From: Coriobacteriia bacterium | Lineage (GTDB): Bacteria > Actinomycetota > Coriobacteriia > Anaerosomatales > SLCP01 | Assembly: GCA_034005175.1 (NCBI GenBank) | Contig: JAVEVF010000002.1 | Coordinates: forward strand, 1 to 44,338 | Direction of reading: 5' to 3' | Length of the DNA: 44,338 nt | Shown here: piece after piece, positions 8,369-17,550 of the stretch | Layout: each line of letters opens with the position of its first letter | How positions within the stretch are numbered: the stretch's first letter is position 1 | The notes under the pieces: model-generated | What the model was told of the DNA's origin: nothing | Databases searched by the model: none | What the model saw: only the letters and a program-made list of their open reading frames with translations | Translations under genes and position numbers: made by a program

Positions 8369-9535
8369 ATGAATCTTCGCGAGTATCTGAGCGTATTGGC
8401 ACGAAGGAAGACCATCGTCATCGCAGTGACGGTGGCGGTCACCGTCGCGGCCGTCGTGGTTGGGCTCCGCTCAAGCGACAAAGCGACTTCTCGCGCTGTC
8501 GCAGCAATACCCTCAGTACGCGCTGAAGGCGTCATCATCCAAATCGCCCCTGAGTTCGCACTTGAACGTGAGGTCGAACTCGCCCGGTCTGAGAAGGTGA
8601 TCGCGCGAGCCGCACAGCAGACGGGGGAGTCAGAAGCCACCATACGTGCGCTCATCACAGTCGGTCCCCCTTCTCCAACGAGCAAGGGCACCATCATCTT
8701 CACAGCCACCGATGTCGACGCCACACGCGCGTCTGAGGTGGCGAATGCTGTGGCGGAGGCATACGTCGTAGTCTCCAACGAGTCTTTGCTCGATGGCCTC
8801 CAGAACTATCTCGATGCAGTGCGCACGGGATCGGCCGAGTCCTCAGAAGAGGCGCTTGCCTTTCTCAAGAGCGCAGGCGACGCTCCCCTCGAACTCTCCG
8901 AGCTCAGCCTGAACCCCCGGGCTTCTGCGCTCGATTCCCGACTTGCCGATCTGCTGGCACTTGTGGACATGGAGTCCGCGCATGCCCAGTTGGTGAGCTC
9001 GGCATCACCTCAGGACGGGGGCGCCGCTGTTGGCCGCAACGCTATCCTCGGTCTGACCCTCGGTCTGTTCCTCGGAGTGGCAGGCGCGCTCGTGCAAGAG
9101 CAGCTGGACGATCGCGTACGCACAGCCGATTCGCTGCGGCATTCGCTCGCCGAGGTGCCAACCATCGATGTGACCGGCGGTTCTGGCTACGCTCCTGAAG
9201 ACGCGCTGCACCTGCTCGCCGCCACACTGATGGCACAACCACCCGCCGGGGAGAAGCGCCTTGCTGTCTCCACCCCGACAGCGCACGCGGGTGGAGTGGA
9301 CATCCTCGGCGGCCTTACTGCTGCATTGGGCGACGAATCGGGCATCACTCTCGTCGATGCGGGTCCCCTGCTCACAGGCGCAGGAATCGCCAGTCTTCAG
9401 TCCGAGGTGAATGGCGTCATCCTCGTCGTCACGAAGGGCGTGACGCGCACATCGGAGGTCACGCAAGCCGCCGACCTCCTGCGCGACCTCAAGCAACCGC
9501 TCCGTGGCGTCGTGCTCGTCGCTGGACGGTCATGA
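8369..9535 (+). CDS. Wzz/CpsC-like chain-length-determinant protein fused to a degenerate BY-kinase-like cytoplasmic domain
   Basis: MNLREYLSVLARRKTIVIAVTVAVTVAAVVVGL (Wzz N-terminus plus TM1), an extracellular helical region, then TM2 AILGLTLGLFLGVAGALV. The C-terminal ~145 aa resemble a CpsD-type P-loop domain, but GxxxxGK(S/T) is replaced by PTAHAGGV. GGGAG SD precedes the ATG. Confidence 0.75.
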   Translation: MNLREYLSVLARRKTIVIAVTVAVTVAAVVVGLRSSDKATSRAVAAIPSVRAEGVIIQIAPEFALEREVELARSEKVIARAAQQTGESEATIRALITVGPPSPTSKGTIIFTATDVDATRASEVANAVAEAYVVVSNESLLDGLQNYLDAVRTGSAESSEEALAFLKSAGDAPLELSELSLNPRASALDSRLADLLALVDMESAHAQLVSSASPQDGGAAVGRNAILGLTLGLFLGVAGALVQEQLDDRVRTADSLRHSLAEVPTIDVTGGSGYAPEDALHLLAATLMAQPPAGEKRLAVSTPTAHAGGVDILGGLTAALGDESGITLVDAGPLLTGAGIASLQSEVNGVILVVTKGVTRTSEVTQAADLLRDLKQPLRGVVLVAGRS

Positions 9536-11007
9536 CACCCGCACCAGCACATGCCCCAGATCTTAGGGTGACAGGGACGGTCTTCGGGCGGGGAGCGCAG
9601 GCGTGCGCGCTCGTGTCTGCTACGATCCTCGTCGGCATAGCTGCGCTCACCCTCGGCCCGCTGTACCTGCTCCCCCTCATTGCGCTTGTTGCCTGGTATG
9701 CGATCATGCGCATCGCCGCCAAGCCCTCCATGGTGTTAGTTTGGATCGCTCTGTACTCACTGCTTGGCGACAAGATGATAGTGAGCACGGGGATTGGCGA
9801 AGGTCAGGGCCTCTTGCGCTTCGGGCCGCTGCTAAGCGTCGTGCTCTTGGCGGCGATGCTCCTCGTCGACAACCACACCCGAATGGCGGCACGCGATGTA
9901 GTGAACTGGGGGACGCCCGCTGTGTTGTTCGCAGCCGCGGGAGCCGTGCTCCCCGTCCTGGGCGTGATGAGCGGTAGCCCCGTGCGCACAATCACAGCTG
10001 CAATCCCTCCGCTGGCTATGGGTGCCTCACTTGTCTTCGGTGTTCTGATCGCACGCAGCGAGATTGACCCGGACCGGGGGCGTTACCTGGTGCTGCTCAC
10101 GGTATCGTGGGCTGCTGCCGCAGTGGCTGCGCTGCTGTTTCTCTTCAACCGCGGCATAGTCCTTCCCCTCGCACGGGAGTTCAACCAGTGGGGCGTCGCC
10201 ACCGCCCAGGCCCACGGCAACACCTGGCTCATCGGACGCACATCCGGTGTCTACACCAGCCCCAACGTACTCGCGATTCTGGGCGGGCTGACGCTGCTCT
10301 TCGCCGTCTTCGGCCGCCTTGTCTTCAGACAGCGCGTTGCCCTCGCCATACCCGCGTTTGCCATCCTGTTCGTGACACAGTCGCGGACGGTGATCTTCGC
10401 CACCGGTGTGGCTATCGTTATCGGAGCTATCTTCGGCAAGCGCCGGCCGGGACTCACGCGGTGGCGGACGATGTTGGGGTGGGCTCTGGTTGTCATGCTG
10501 GTGGCAGCGGCTCTCATCGGTGCCTCAGCCGTGTTTCCACAGTACGTCGAGTCGCTCACAGGTCGCATCACAGCAGCGGTGCGCATCTTTTCCGAGGGAC
10601 CCCAAGCAGATCGCAACTTCGCCGGACGGGTAGCCTTCTGGAAATCCGCCTGGACGCTCTTCCAACAGCGCCCGCTCGGCACGTTGGGTCCCCCCGAGCT
10701 TGCGTTGGGCACAGCGGTGGACAACGACTACCTGCGTTTCATCGTGCAGGGTGGAATCCTTTATGCCGGCATGTGGATCTTTTATGTCACATGGCTTGTC
10801 ACCACAGGGCTTGCGCACGGCGATGACAGGTTCATCGGCGCCGGCGGCATCTTCCTGGCTTTGACCGCACTGGCCCTGACGCCTTCGACCTATGTGATGG
10901 TCATCGGTGTATTCTCCCTCTTTGTAGGGATGCATATCGAGCACATCCGCCGACATAACCTCGAGCCCTGCACGCGGCACCACTCACAGGAAACAGGAGC
11001 GATCTAG
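9532..11007 (+). CDS. Second Wzy_C/O-antigen-ligase-family polytopic membrane protein
   Basis: 491 aa and highly hydrophobic. FVTQSRTVIFATGVAIVIG and VDNDYLRFIVQGGILYAGMW motifs. 4-nt overlap with the Wzz-like gene. Confidence 0.8.
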   Translation: MTPAPAHAPDLRVTGTVFGRGAQACALVSATILVGIAALTLGPLYLLPLIALVAWYAIMRIAAKPSMVLVWIALYSLLGDKMIVSTGIGEGQGLLRFGPLLSVVLLAAMLLVDNHTRMAARDVVNWGTPAVLFAAAGAVLPVLGVMSGSPVRTITAAIPPLAMGASLVFGVLIARSEIDPDRGRYLVLLTVSWAAAAVAALLFLFNRGIVLPLAREFNQWGVATAQAHGNTWLIGRTSGVYTSPNVLAILGGLTLLFAVFGRLVFRQRVALAIPAFAILFVTQSRTVIFATGVAIVIGAIFGKRRPGLTRWRTMLGWALVVMLVAAALIGASAVFPQYVESLTGRITAAVRIFSEGPQADRNFAGRVAFWKSAWTLFQQRPLGTLGPPELALGTAVDNDYLRFIVQGGILYAGMWIFYVTWLVTTGLAHGDDRFIGAGGIFLALTALALTPSTYVMVIGVFSLFVGMHIEHIRRHNLEPCTRHHSQETGAI

Positions 11008-11970
11008 ATGTCAACACCTCTCGTGCTCGTCACCGGCGGCGCCGGTTTCATCGGTTCGAACATCGTGGACGGGCTGCTTGCCGATGGCGGCTATCGCGTG
11101 CGCGTTCTCGACAACTTCGCAACCGGCAGAAGAGAGAACCTCACCCACTGTCTTTCCAACATCGAGGTCATCGAGGGCGACATCCGCGATCTGGAGACGG
11201 TAGAAGAGGCAGTCGCAGACGTGGACATGGTTCTTCATGAGGCCGCGCTCCCTTCTGTGCCGCGATCAGTCAAAGCGCCCGTCACCACCAACGACGTGAA
11301 CGTCGGCGGCACGCTCAAACTGTTGAGCGCCGCACACAAGGCGGGGGTGAGGCGCGTCGTCTTAGCCTCTTCGTCCTCGGTGTATGGCGACGGTGAAGAG
11401 CTCCCGAAGCACGAGGGCATGACGCCTAAGCCACGCTCTCCGTATGCCGTCTCGAAGCTCACGTGCGAGCACTACACGAAGGTGTTCGCCGATATCTACG
11501 GCATGGAGACGCTTGCCATCCGGTACTTCAACGTCTTCGGCCCACGGCAGGACCCCACGTCGCAGTACTCAGGCGTCATCGCGAAGTTCATGACAGCCGC
11601 GCTCGACGACAAGCCGTACACGGTGCATGGCGACGGCATGCAAGCCCGCGACTTCACCTTCGTGGCAAACGTAGTCGACGCCAACCTCCGCGCGCTCAAG
11701 TGCGCGCAGCTCGACGGCTCGGCCATCAACGTAGCATGTGGAGACCACATCACCTTGCTGGACGTGATCACGACACTGAACACGCTCACCGGCCGGACGG
11801 GCACGGTCGTCTTCGCCGAGCCGCGAGTCGGCGATGTGCGGTACTCGCAGGCCGCTATCGAGCGCGCCGCCGAGGTGCTCGGCTACAAGCCCTCGGTCTC
11901 CTTCGAGGCGGGGTTGCGAGCCACCCTTGATTGGTATGCGGTGAACCGGCCCGACAAACGAGGACTGTAA
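11008..11970 (+). CDS. SDR-family NAD-dependent nucleotide-sugar 4-epimerase (WbpP/TviC-like)
   Basis: VLVTGGAGFIGSNIV (GxxGxxG), SSSSVYGD, SPYAVSKLTCEHY (YxxxK), RYFNVFGPRQDP. Confidence 0.9.
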   Translation: MSTPLVLVTGGAGFIGSNIVDGLLADGGYRVRVLDNFATGRRENLTHCLSNIEVIEGDIRDLETVEEAVADVDMVLHEAALPSVPRSVKAPVTTNDVNVGGTLKLLSAAHKAGVRRVVLASSSSVYGDGEELPKHEGMTPKPRSPYAVSKLTCEHYTKVFADIYGMETLAIRYFNVFGPRQDPTSQYSGVIAKFMTAALDDKPYTVHGDGMQARDFTFVANVVDANLRALKCAQLDGSAINVACGDHITLLDVITTLNTLTGRTGTVVFAEPRVGDVRYSQAAIERAAEVLGYKPSVSFEAGLRATLDWYAVNRPDKRGL

Positions 11971-13133
11971 TGCACGACACCGTACGCGACATGCCCGCCA
12001 CCGATGCCCATCTGGACAGCGTCAGCTCTGCGCAATCCGGTGAGACTCGCTCACTCAACATCGCCTACCTGTGCTTGCAGGTCACTAAGGAAGGGCAGGC
12101 GAGCCATGCGCATGTCCACGAAATCATAAGCGGGCTGCGCGAACTCGGCCACACGGTGACGCTTTACGAGCCGCGTCACCTGCGTCATTACGGTCCACTG
12201 GTCCGTGCATGGGAGTTCTACAAGACGCAGAGTCGACTGCGCCGAGAGGCGGCGGACGCAGACGTCATCTACTGCCGAGCTCATTTCGCCACGCGCATGA
12301 CGTCTAAGTGGGCCCGTCGTCAAGGTATCCCGATGGTGCTTGAAGTTAACGGCCCGTACGAAGACCTGTTCATCGCATGGCCCAAGACCCGATTTCTGCG
12401 CCAGTTCTTCGAGTGGCTCATGGGCACTGAATACCGAAACGCCGACGCGCTCCTGACGGTGACGGGCGGGTTGCAGTCCTGGTTAGCGCATGAGACCGGA
12501 CGCGATGATGTCAGGGTGGTCCCCAACGGTGCAAACCACCGGCTCTTTCATCCGGGCGTGCCCCGCATCGAGGGGCTACCCGACCGGTACGTTGCGTTTG
12601 TGGGGTCCCTTGCCCGCTGGCAGGGCATCCCGTATATGCTGGCAGCCATGTCGGAACCGCAGTGGCCTGCAGATGTCATGCTCCTCATCGCTGGAGATGG
12701 AGCAGAGCGCGACATGGTCGAGGAGGCAGCGCGAGTCAATGAGCGCGTGGTCTATCTCGGCAAGCGCCCGTATGCAGACATTCCAGCCATCCTCTGCAGC
12801 AGCATCGCGTCGCTCGTCACCATGACTGATCTGTGCGATCGCGCATCGACCGGCCTCTCGCCGCTGAAACTCTACGAAGCCATGGCGTGCGCGGTGCCCG
12901 CGATCACCACTGACTTTCCTGGCCAAGCCGAGCTGTTGCGCGATGAACGGTGTGGAATCCTCATTCCGTCCGAAGATCCCAAGGCCATCGCCGATGCAGT
13001 GGAGGCACTTGCCGCTGATCCCGAGGAAGCCCACGCGATGGGCGCGCGCGGGCGCATCGCCATCGAACGGGAGCACTCGTGGGCTAGGCGCGCCGAGCAG
13101 ACCGCAGCCATCCTCGACTCTGCCGCACGATGA
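11970..13133 (+). CDS. GT4-family glycosyltransferase
   Basis: GT-B Glycos_transf_1 C-terminal half: SPLKLYEAMACAVPAITTDFPGQAELL. ATG at 11970 forms a TAATG overlap with the epimerase stop. The track ORF starts at 11931. Confidence 0.85.
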   Translation: MHDTVRDMPATDAHLDSVSSAQSGETRSLNIAYLCLQVTKEGQASHAHVHEIISGLRELGHTVTLYEPRHLRHYGPLVRAWEFYKTQSRLRREAADADVIYCRAHFATRMTSKWARRQGIPMVLEVNGPYEDLFIAWPKTRFLRQFFEWLMGTEYRNADALLTVTGGLQSWLAHETGRDDVRVVPNGANHRLFHPGVPRIEGLPDRYVAFVGSLARWQGIPYMLAAMSEPQWPADVMLLIAGDGAERDMVEEAARVNERVVYLGKRPYADIPAILCSSIASLVTMTDLCDRASTGLSPLKLYEAMACAVPAITTDFPGQAELLRDERCGILIPSEDPKAIADAVEALAADPEEAHAMGARGRIAIEREHSWARRAEQTAAILDSAAR

Positions 13134-14317
13134 GCCAACCCCCTGACACGGGAGCCGGACCCAAGCCCACGATCCTGTACTGCGTGACCGTGCCTCTCAG
13201 CGCCTCGACGCTTCTGCGCGGTCAGCTCACGTATTTTCGCGAGCGCGGATACGATGTCCATCTCGCATGCTCCCCCGGGCCAGCGCTCGCCGATGTCGCC
13301 GAACGCGAGGGTGTGACCATCCATGAGATACCGATGGACCGTGAGGCATCCTCGCTTCTGCGCGACCTGCGCTCCCTGCGTGCGATGGTGGCGCTCATGC
13401 GCCGCATCAAACCTGACATCGTGAATGCCGGCACACCGAAAGCAGGGCTCATCGGCATGCTGGCGGCACGGTTGACGCGGGTAAGGGCCAGGGTCTACGT
13501 GCTGCGCGGGCTTCGGCTGGAGACGGCCACTGGAATGACCCGCCGTCTGCTGAGATTCACAGAAAGGCTCGCATGCACCTGCGCACACACGGTGGTATGC
13601 GTGAGCGATAGCCTGCGCGCACGCGTTACCGAGATCGGGCTCATATCACCCGAGAAGGCCCTCGTGGTTGGCTCGGGCAGCAGCAACGGGGTAGAACTCG
13701 CCCGGTTTCGCCCCGATCCCGCTCTGCGGCAAGCCGCCCAGGCAGCTCGGGAGAGACTGCATCTCGATGCCAACGCACCCACCATCGGGTTCATCGGGCG
13801 CCTCACTCGCGACAAGGGCATCGTGGAGCTCACCGACGCCTTCGAGCGGCTCTATGCGCAAGACCCGTCGCGGCGGTTGTTGCTCGTGGGCGACGCTGAG
13901 AGCGGTGACCCGCTCCCCCAGCACACGCACGAGATGCTTGATTCGCATCCCGGAGTGGCAAGAACAGGCTTTGTCGCCGAGACCGCCGCATACTACCAGC
14001 TCATGGATGTGCTATGTTTGCCGTCATACCGAGAGGGGTTCCCAAACGCGCCTCTGGAGGCGGCGGCTGCAGGCAAGCCTACCGTGACGACAGATGCCAC
14101 CGGAGCACGCGATTCTGTCGTCGATGGCAAGACCGGGCTTGTCGTGAACCTCGGCGATGTCGATGCGCTCACCTCGGCACTCGGCCGCCTGCTCGATGAC
14201 CCCCGACTATGTCGCCAGATGGGCTCGCAGGCACAGGCAAGAGCGGCAGAGCAGTTCGCGCCCCGACGCATCTGGGAAGGGCTTGAAGCAGTGTATGAGA
14301 ATGCCCTCGGCAGATGA
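13130..14317 (+). CDS. GT4-family glycosyltransferase (PglA/EpsD-like N-terminal half)
   Basis: ILYCVTVPLSASTLLRGQLTYFRERGYDVHLACSPG, GTPKAGLIGMLAA, and C-terminal LPSYREGFPNAPLEAAAAGKPTVTTDATGARDSV. 4-nt overlap with the preceding GT4. Confidence 0.85.
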   Translation: MSQPPDTGAGPKPTILYCVTVPLSASTLLRGQLTYFRERGYDVHLACSPGPALADVAEREGVTIHEIPMDREASSLLRDLRSLRAMVALMRRIKPDIVNAGTPKAGLIGMLAARLTRVRARVYVLRGLRLETATGMTRRLLRFTERLACTCAHTVVCVSDSLRARVTEIGLISPEKALVVGSGSSNGVELARFRPDPALRQAAQAARERLHLDANAPTIGFIGRLTRDKGIVELTDAFERLYAQDPSRRLLLVGDAESGDPLPQHTHEMLDSHPGVARTGFVAETAAYYQLMDVLCLPSYREGFPNAPLEAAAAGKPTVTTDATGARDSVVDGKTGLVVNLGDVDALTSALGRLLDDPRLCRQMGSQAQARAAEQFAPRRIWEGLEAVYENALGR

Positions 14318-14434
14318 GTGCTGACCAGCGCATCTGTTATAGTGACGGCGGTCAGAAACAGGGTCATGGCCGGCATGCACAGCAGCATCGCCATGCCCTC
14401 CGGCCCTGAGATTCCTCCTTCCGGGAGCATCGCC

Positions 14435-15661
14435 ATGCCGAACGAATCCAGCCTCCTTGCAATCGACGGTGGCCACGCCGTGCGAACAACGCCCATGGGC
14501 CCCTGGCCGCACTTCGATGAAGGCGATATCGAGGCGGTCACCCAAGTGCTGCGGTCCGGCCGAGTGAACTACTGGACTGGGACTGAGGGAGTCGAGTTCG
14601 AGCGCGAGTTCGCACGGGCGCACGGCGTCAAGCATGCGATAGCCTTCGCCAATGGGACGGTTTCGCTCGAGGCCGCACTGGCGGTGCTGGGCGTGGGTCC
14701 CGGGGATGAAGTCATAGTACCGCCCCGAACCTTCATCGCCACCGCAAGCGCCGCGGTGATGCTGGGCGCGACGCCTGTCATGGCGGATGTCGACCCTGTC
14801 AGCCAGAACATCACCGCTCAGGCCATCCGCAAAGCCCTTACCAAGCGAACCCGCGCGGTCATCGTCGTGCATCTCGGCGGATGGCCCTGCGACATGGACC
14901 CCATTCTCGAGATCACCGAAGCGGCGGGTATCCCGGTCATCGAGGACTGCGCGCAAGCGCTCGGCGCAACGTACAAGGGCCATCCCGTCGGCACGATGGG
15001 CGCGCTGGGCTCGTTCTCTTTCTGCCAGGACAAGATCATGACCACCGGCGGCGAAGGAGGCATGCTCACCACCTCCGCCCCTGACCTGTGGGAGCGGGCC
15101 TGGTCGCTCAAAGACCACGGTAAGTCTTTCGCCAAGACGCGCGCCACCGCACCGGCAAGCAGCGTGGCCTTCCGCTGGGTTCATGACAGCTTCGGGACGA
15201 ACTGGCGCATGACAGAGATGCAAGCAGCGCTGGGCAGGCGCGGCATGAGTCATCTGCCTGCATGGATCGAGCGGCGGCGGCGTTCAGCCGCCGTGCTTGA
15301 TGCGGCGTTCTCGGAGCTTGAGGGGCTGCGTGTCACGGTTCCGCCACCGGAGTTCGGCCATGCGTATTACAAGTACTACACGTTCGTGCGCCCCGAGCGT
15401 CTCTCAGATGGTTGGGATCGCGATCGAATCGCGGCAGCCATCACTGCTGAGGGCATCCCGTGCTTCACAGGCACCTGCCCCGAGATCTACCGGGAACTCG
15501 CATTCGAGCGTGCCAGCCTCGCGCCTGCCGAGCGGTTGGGGGTCGCACGCGAACTCGGCGAGACATCGTTGATGTTCCTCGTGCACCCTACCCTCGGTGA
15601 TGCCGAGATGAACGATACAGCTGCTGCGGTATCCAAGGTGATGGCGGTGGCGACGAAGTGA
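14435..15661 (+). CDS. DegT/DnrJ/EryC1/StrS-family PLP-dependent sugar aminotransferase (PglE-like role)
   Basis: ANGTVSLEAAL, VIEDCAQALGATYKG, SFCQDKIMTTGEGGML (catalytic Lys context). Start chosen at ATG 14435, with GGGAG ~7 nt upstream. The track ORF starts at 14318. Confidence 0.88.
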   Translation: MPNESSLLAIDGGHAVRTTPMGPWPHFDEGDIEAVTQVLRSGRVNYWTGTEGVEFEREFARAHGVKHAIAFANGTVSLEAALAVLGVGPGDEVIVPPRTFIATASAAVMLGATPVMADVDPVSQNITAQAIRKALTKRTRAVIVVHLGGWPCDMDPILEITEAAGIPVIEDCAQALGATYKGHPVGTMGALGSFSFCQDKIMTTGGEGGMLTTSAPDLWERAWSLKDHGKSFAKTRATAPASSVAFRWVHDSFGTNWRMTEMQAALGRRGMSHLPAWIERRRRSAAVLDAAFSELEGLRVTVPPPEFGHAYYKYYTFVRPERLSDGWDRDRIAAAITAEGIPCFTGTCPEIYRELAFERASLAPAERLGVARELGETSLMFLVHPTLGDAEMNDTAAAVSKVMAVATK

Positions 15662-17550
15662 GCGCTCGGTCTGCTCGGCACGCAACGGGGCAAAAGCACC
15701 AGCGAGGGTTGAGGGTCGCACAGATGCTCACCTTCATCGTGCTCGACGTCGTCATCGTCTGGGTTTCAACCCTCCTCGCATATTGGGCGCGCTTCGGTGG
15801 CTCGGTCACGCCGGAGTTCCTCGGCAATGTGAGTGGCGTGGCACTCGTAGCCGGTGTGGTATTCCCCGTCGTGTTCTACGCGCTGGGGTTATATCACCAC
15901 GTCTGGCGGTATGTAGGCGTCGATATGGTCATCAAGCTCGCGCTCGGCGTTGTCGTGGGGCTCGGCATCATGTCCGTCGGAGTGCTCCTTCTCACCGAAC
16001 CGCGCCAGCTCAGGCCCGTTCCTCTTGGCGCGCTGCTTATCATGAGCGCGTTCATCTTCATAGGTTCTGCCTCACTGCGATCGTTCGGCAGGCTGCTCGC
16101 GTACTTCCAGACGCAAAGTCGGTCGCCCTCGGCACGCAATATCCTCATCGTGGGTGCGGGTGATGCTGGCTCCTTGCTGCTTCGTGACGTCGAGAACCAG
16201 CCCGACCTTCTCATGCGCGTCGTGGGCTTCATCGATGACGATACGTCCATCGCGAACCGCATCATCCGCGGCGTACGTGTTCTCGGAACGGTGAGCGACA
16301 TCCCTACACTTGTTCGCAAACGCGATATCGACGAGGTGCTCGTAGCAGTGCCCTCGGCAAGCACCAGCCAGCGCCGCCGGATACTGGACGAGTGCACGCA
16401 GGCAGGTGTGAAGACGCGCATCATCGAATCGATGGCGCTTGAGAAGAGCAGTGTGGGCGTAGCCGATCTGCGAAAAGTCGATGTCGAAGACCTGTTGGGC
16501 CGAGAGCCTGTCCCCATCGATGTCGAGCAGGTCGGCAGTACTATTCGCAACAAGGTCATCGCTGTGACCGGTGCGGCAGGGTCCATCGGCAGCGAACTCT
16601 GCCGGCAGGTCATGACCCTCGGCCCGTCGCGGCTGCTGCTGCTGGACATCGATGAGAGCCGAACGTATGAGATGTTCCTTGAGCTGCGGCGTATCGACAG
16701 GGACGTGCCGCAGATGCACATCTGCGACGTGCGAGACGCTCGCAAGGTCGCCGAACTCATCGAGAGCGAGCGGCCTTCCATCGTGTTGCATGCGGCGGCC
16801 TACAAGCACGTCCCGCTGATGGAGCTTGAACCTGATGAGGCCATCAAAGCCAACGTCTGGGGCACGCAAAACGTCATAGAGGCGTGCGAGGTAGCCGGTG
16901 TCGAGCACTTCGTGCTCATCTCCACGGACAAGGCGGTCATGCCCTCTAGCGTCATGGGCGCCACCAAGGCCCTTGCTGAGATGCTCACCATCCACGCATC
17001 GCAGCGCGGACTCATCAAGGCCACCGCCGTGCGCTTCGGTAATGTGCTCGGCAGCCGGGGCAGCGTCATCCCCATCTTCGAAGAGCAGCTGCGCAAGGGC
17101 GGCCCGCTGTTGGTGACACACCCGGAGATCACGCGGTACTTCATGACCATCCCCGAGGCGGCGCGCCTCGTGCTGCAAGCCCAAGCCATCAGCGATGGAG
17201 GCGAGCTGTTCGTGCTTGAGATGGGCGAACCCGTGCGCATCGTCGATCTCGCCCGCAAGATGATCACTCTCTCAGGGACAGATGTGGGCATCGAGTTCAT
17301 CGGGTTGCGCCCTGCAGAGAAACTCCACGAGACACTCGTGCACTCCGGGCAAGACCTCTTGGCCACCGACCGCGAAAAGATCTTGCGCGTCAATGCGCTC
17401 ACACTCCTGCCCTCAGACCTCGATGAAAGGGTCGACACGCTCATCGAGGTCGCTCGGAGTGGTGACCGGGAAGGGTCGGTGCAGCTGCTCGAGCGCCTTC
17501 TGCCCGACTTCCATCATGGAGATGCTGCAGGCTCCGAGCAGCTCGTCTAG
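15658..17550 (+). CDS. CapD/PglF/WbpM-family membrane-anchored UDP-HexNAc 4,6-dehydratase
   Basis: 630 aa. An N-terminal ~4-TM region, then VIAVTGAAGSIGSELCRQV, HAAAYKHVPLME and FVLISTDKAV. GTGA overlap with the aminotransferase stop. Confidence 0.9.
   Translation: MSARSARHATGQKHQRGLRVAQMLTFIVLDVVIVWVSTLLAYWARFGGSVTPEFLGNVSGVALVAGVVFPVVFYALGLYHHVWRYVGVDMVIKLALGVVVGLGIMSVGVLLLTEPRQLRPVPLGALLIMSAFIFIGSASLRSFGRLLAYFQTQSRSPSARNILIVGAGDAGSLLLRDVENQPDLLMRVVGFIDDDTSIANRIIRGVRVLGTVSDIPTLVRKRDIDEVLVAVPSASTSQRRRILDECTQAGVKTRIIESMALEKSSVGVADLRKVDVEDLLGREPVPIDVEQVGSTIRNKVIAVTGAAGSIGSELCRQVMTLGPSRLLLLDIDESRTYEMFLELRRIDRDVPQMHICDVRDARKVAELIESERPSIVLHAAAYKHVPLMELEPDEAIKANVWGTQNVIEACEVAGVEHFVLISTDKAVMPSSVMGATKALAEMLTIHASQRGLIKATAVRFGNVLGSRGSVIPIFEEQLRKGGPLLVTHPEITRYFMTIPEAARLVLQAQAISDGGELFVLEMGEPVRIVDLARKMITLSGTDVGIEFIGLRPAEKLHETLVHSGQDLLATDREKILRVNALTLLPSDLDERVDTLIEVARSGDREGSVQLLERLLPDFHHGDAAGSEQLV

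Noticed and set aside
14207-17184. Minus-strand ORFs 14207..15253 (348 aa), 15894..16781 (295 aa) and 16072..17184 (370 aa)
   Set aside because: They are antisense to the DegT-like and CapD/PglF-like genes, and they lack recognisable motifs or SD/start context.
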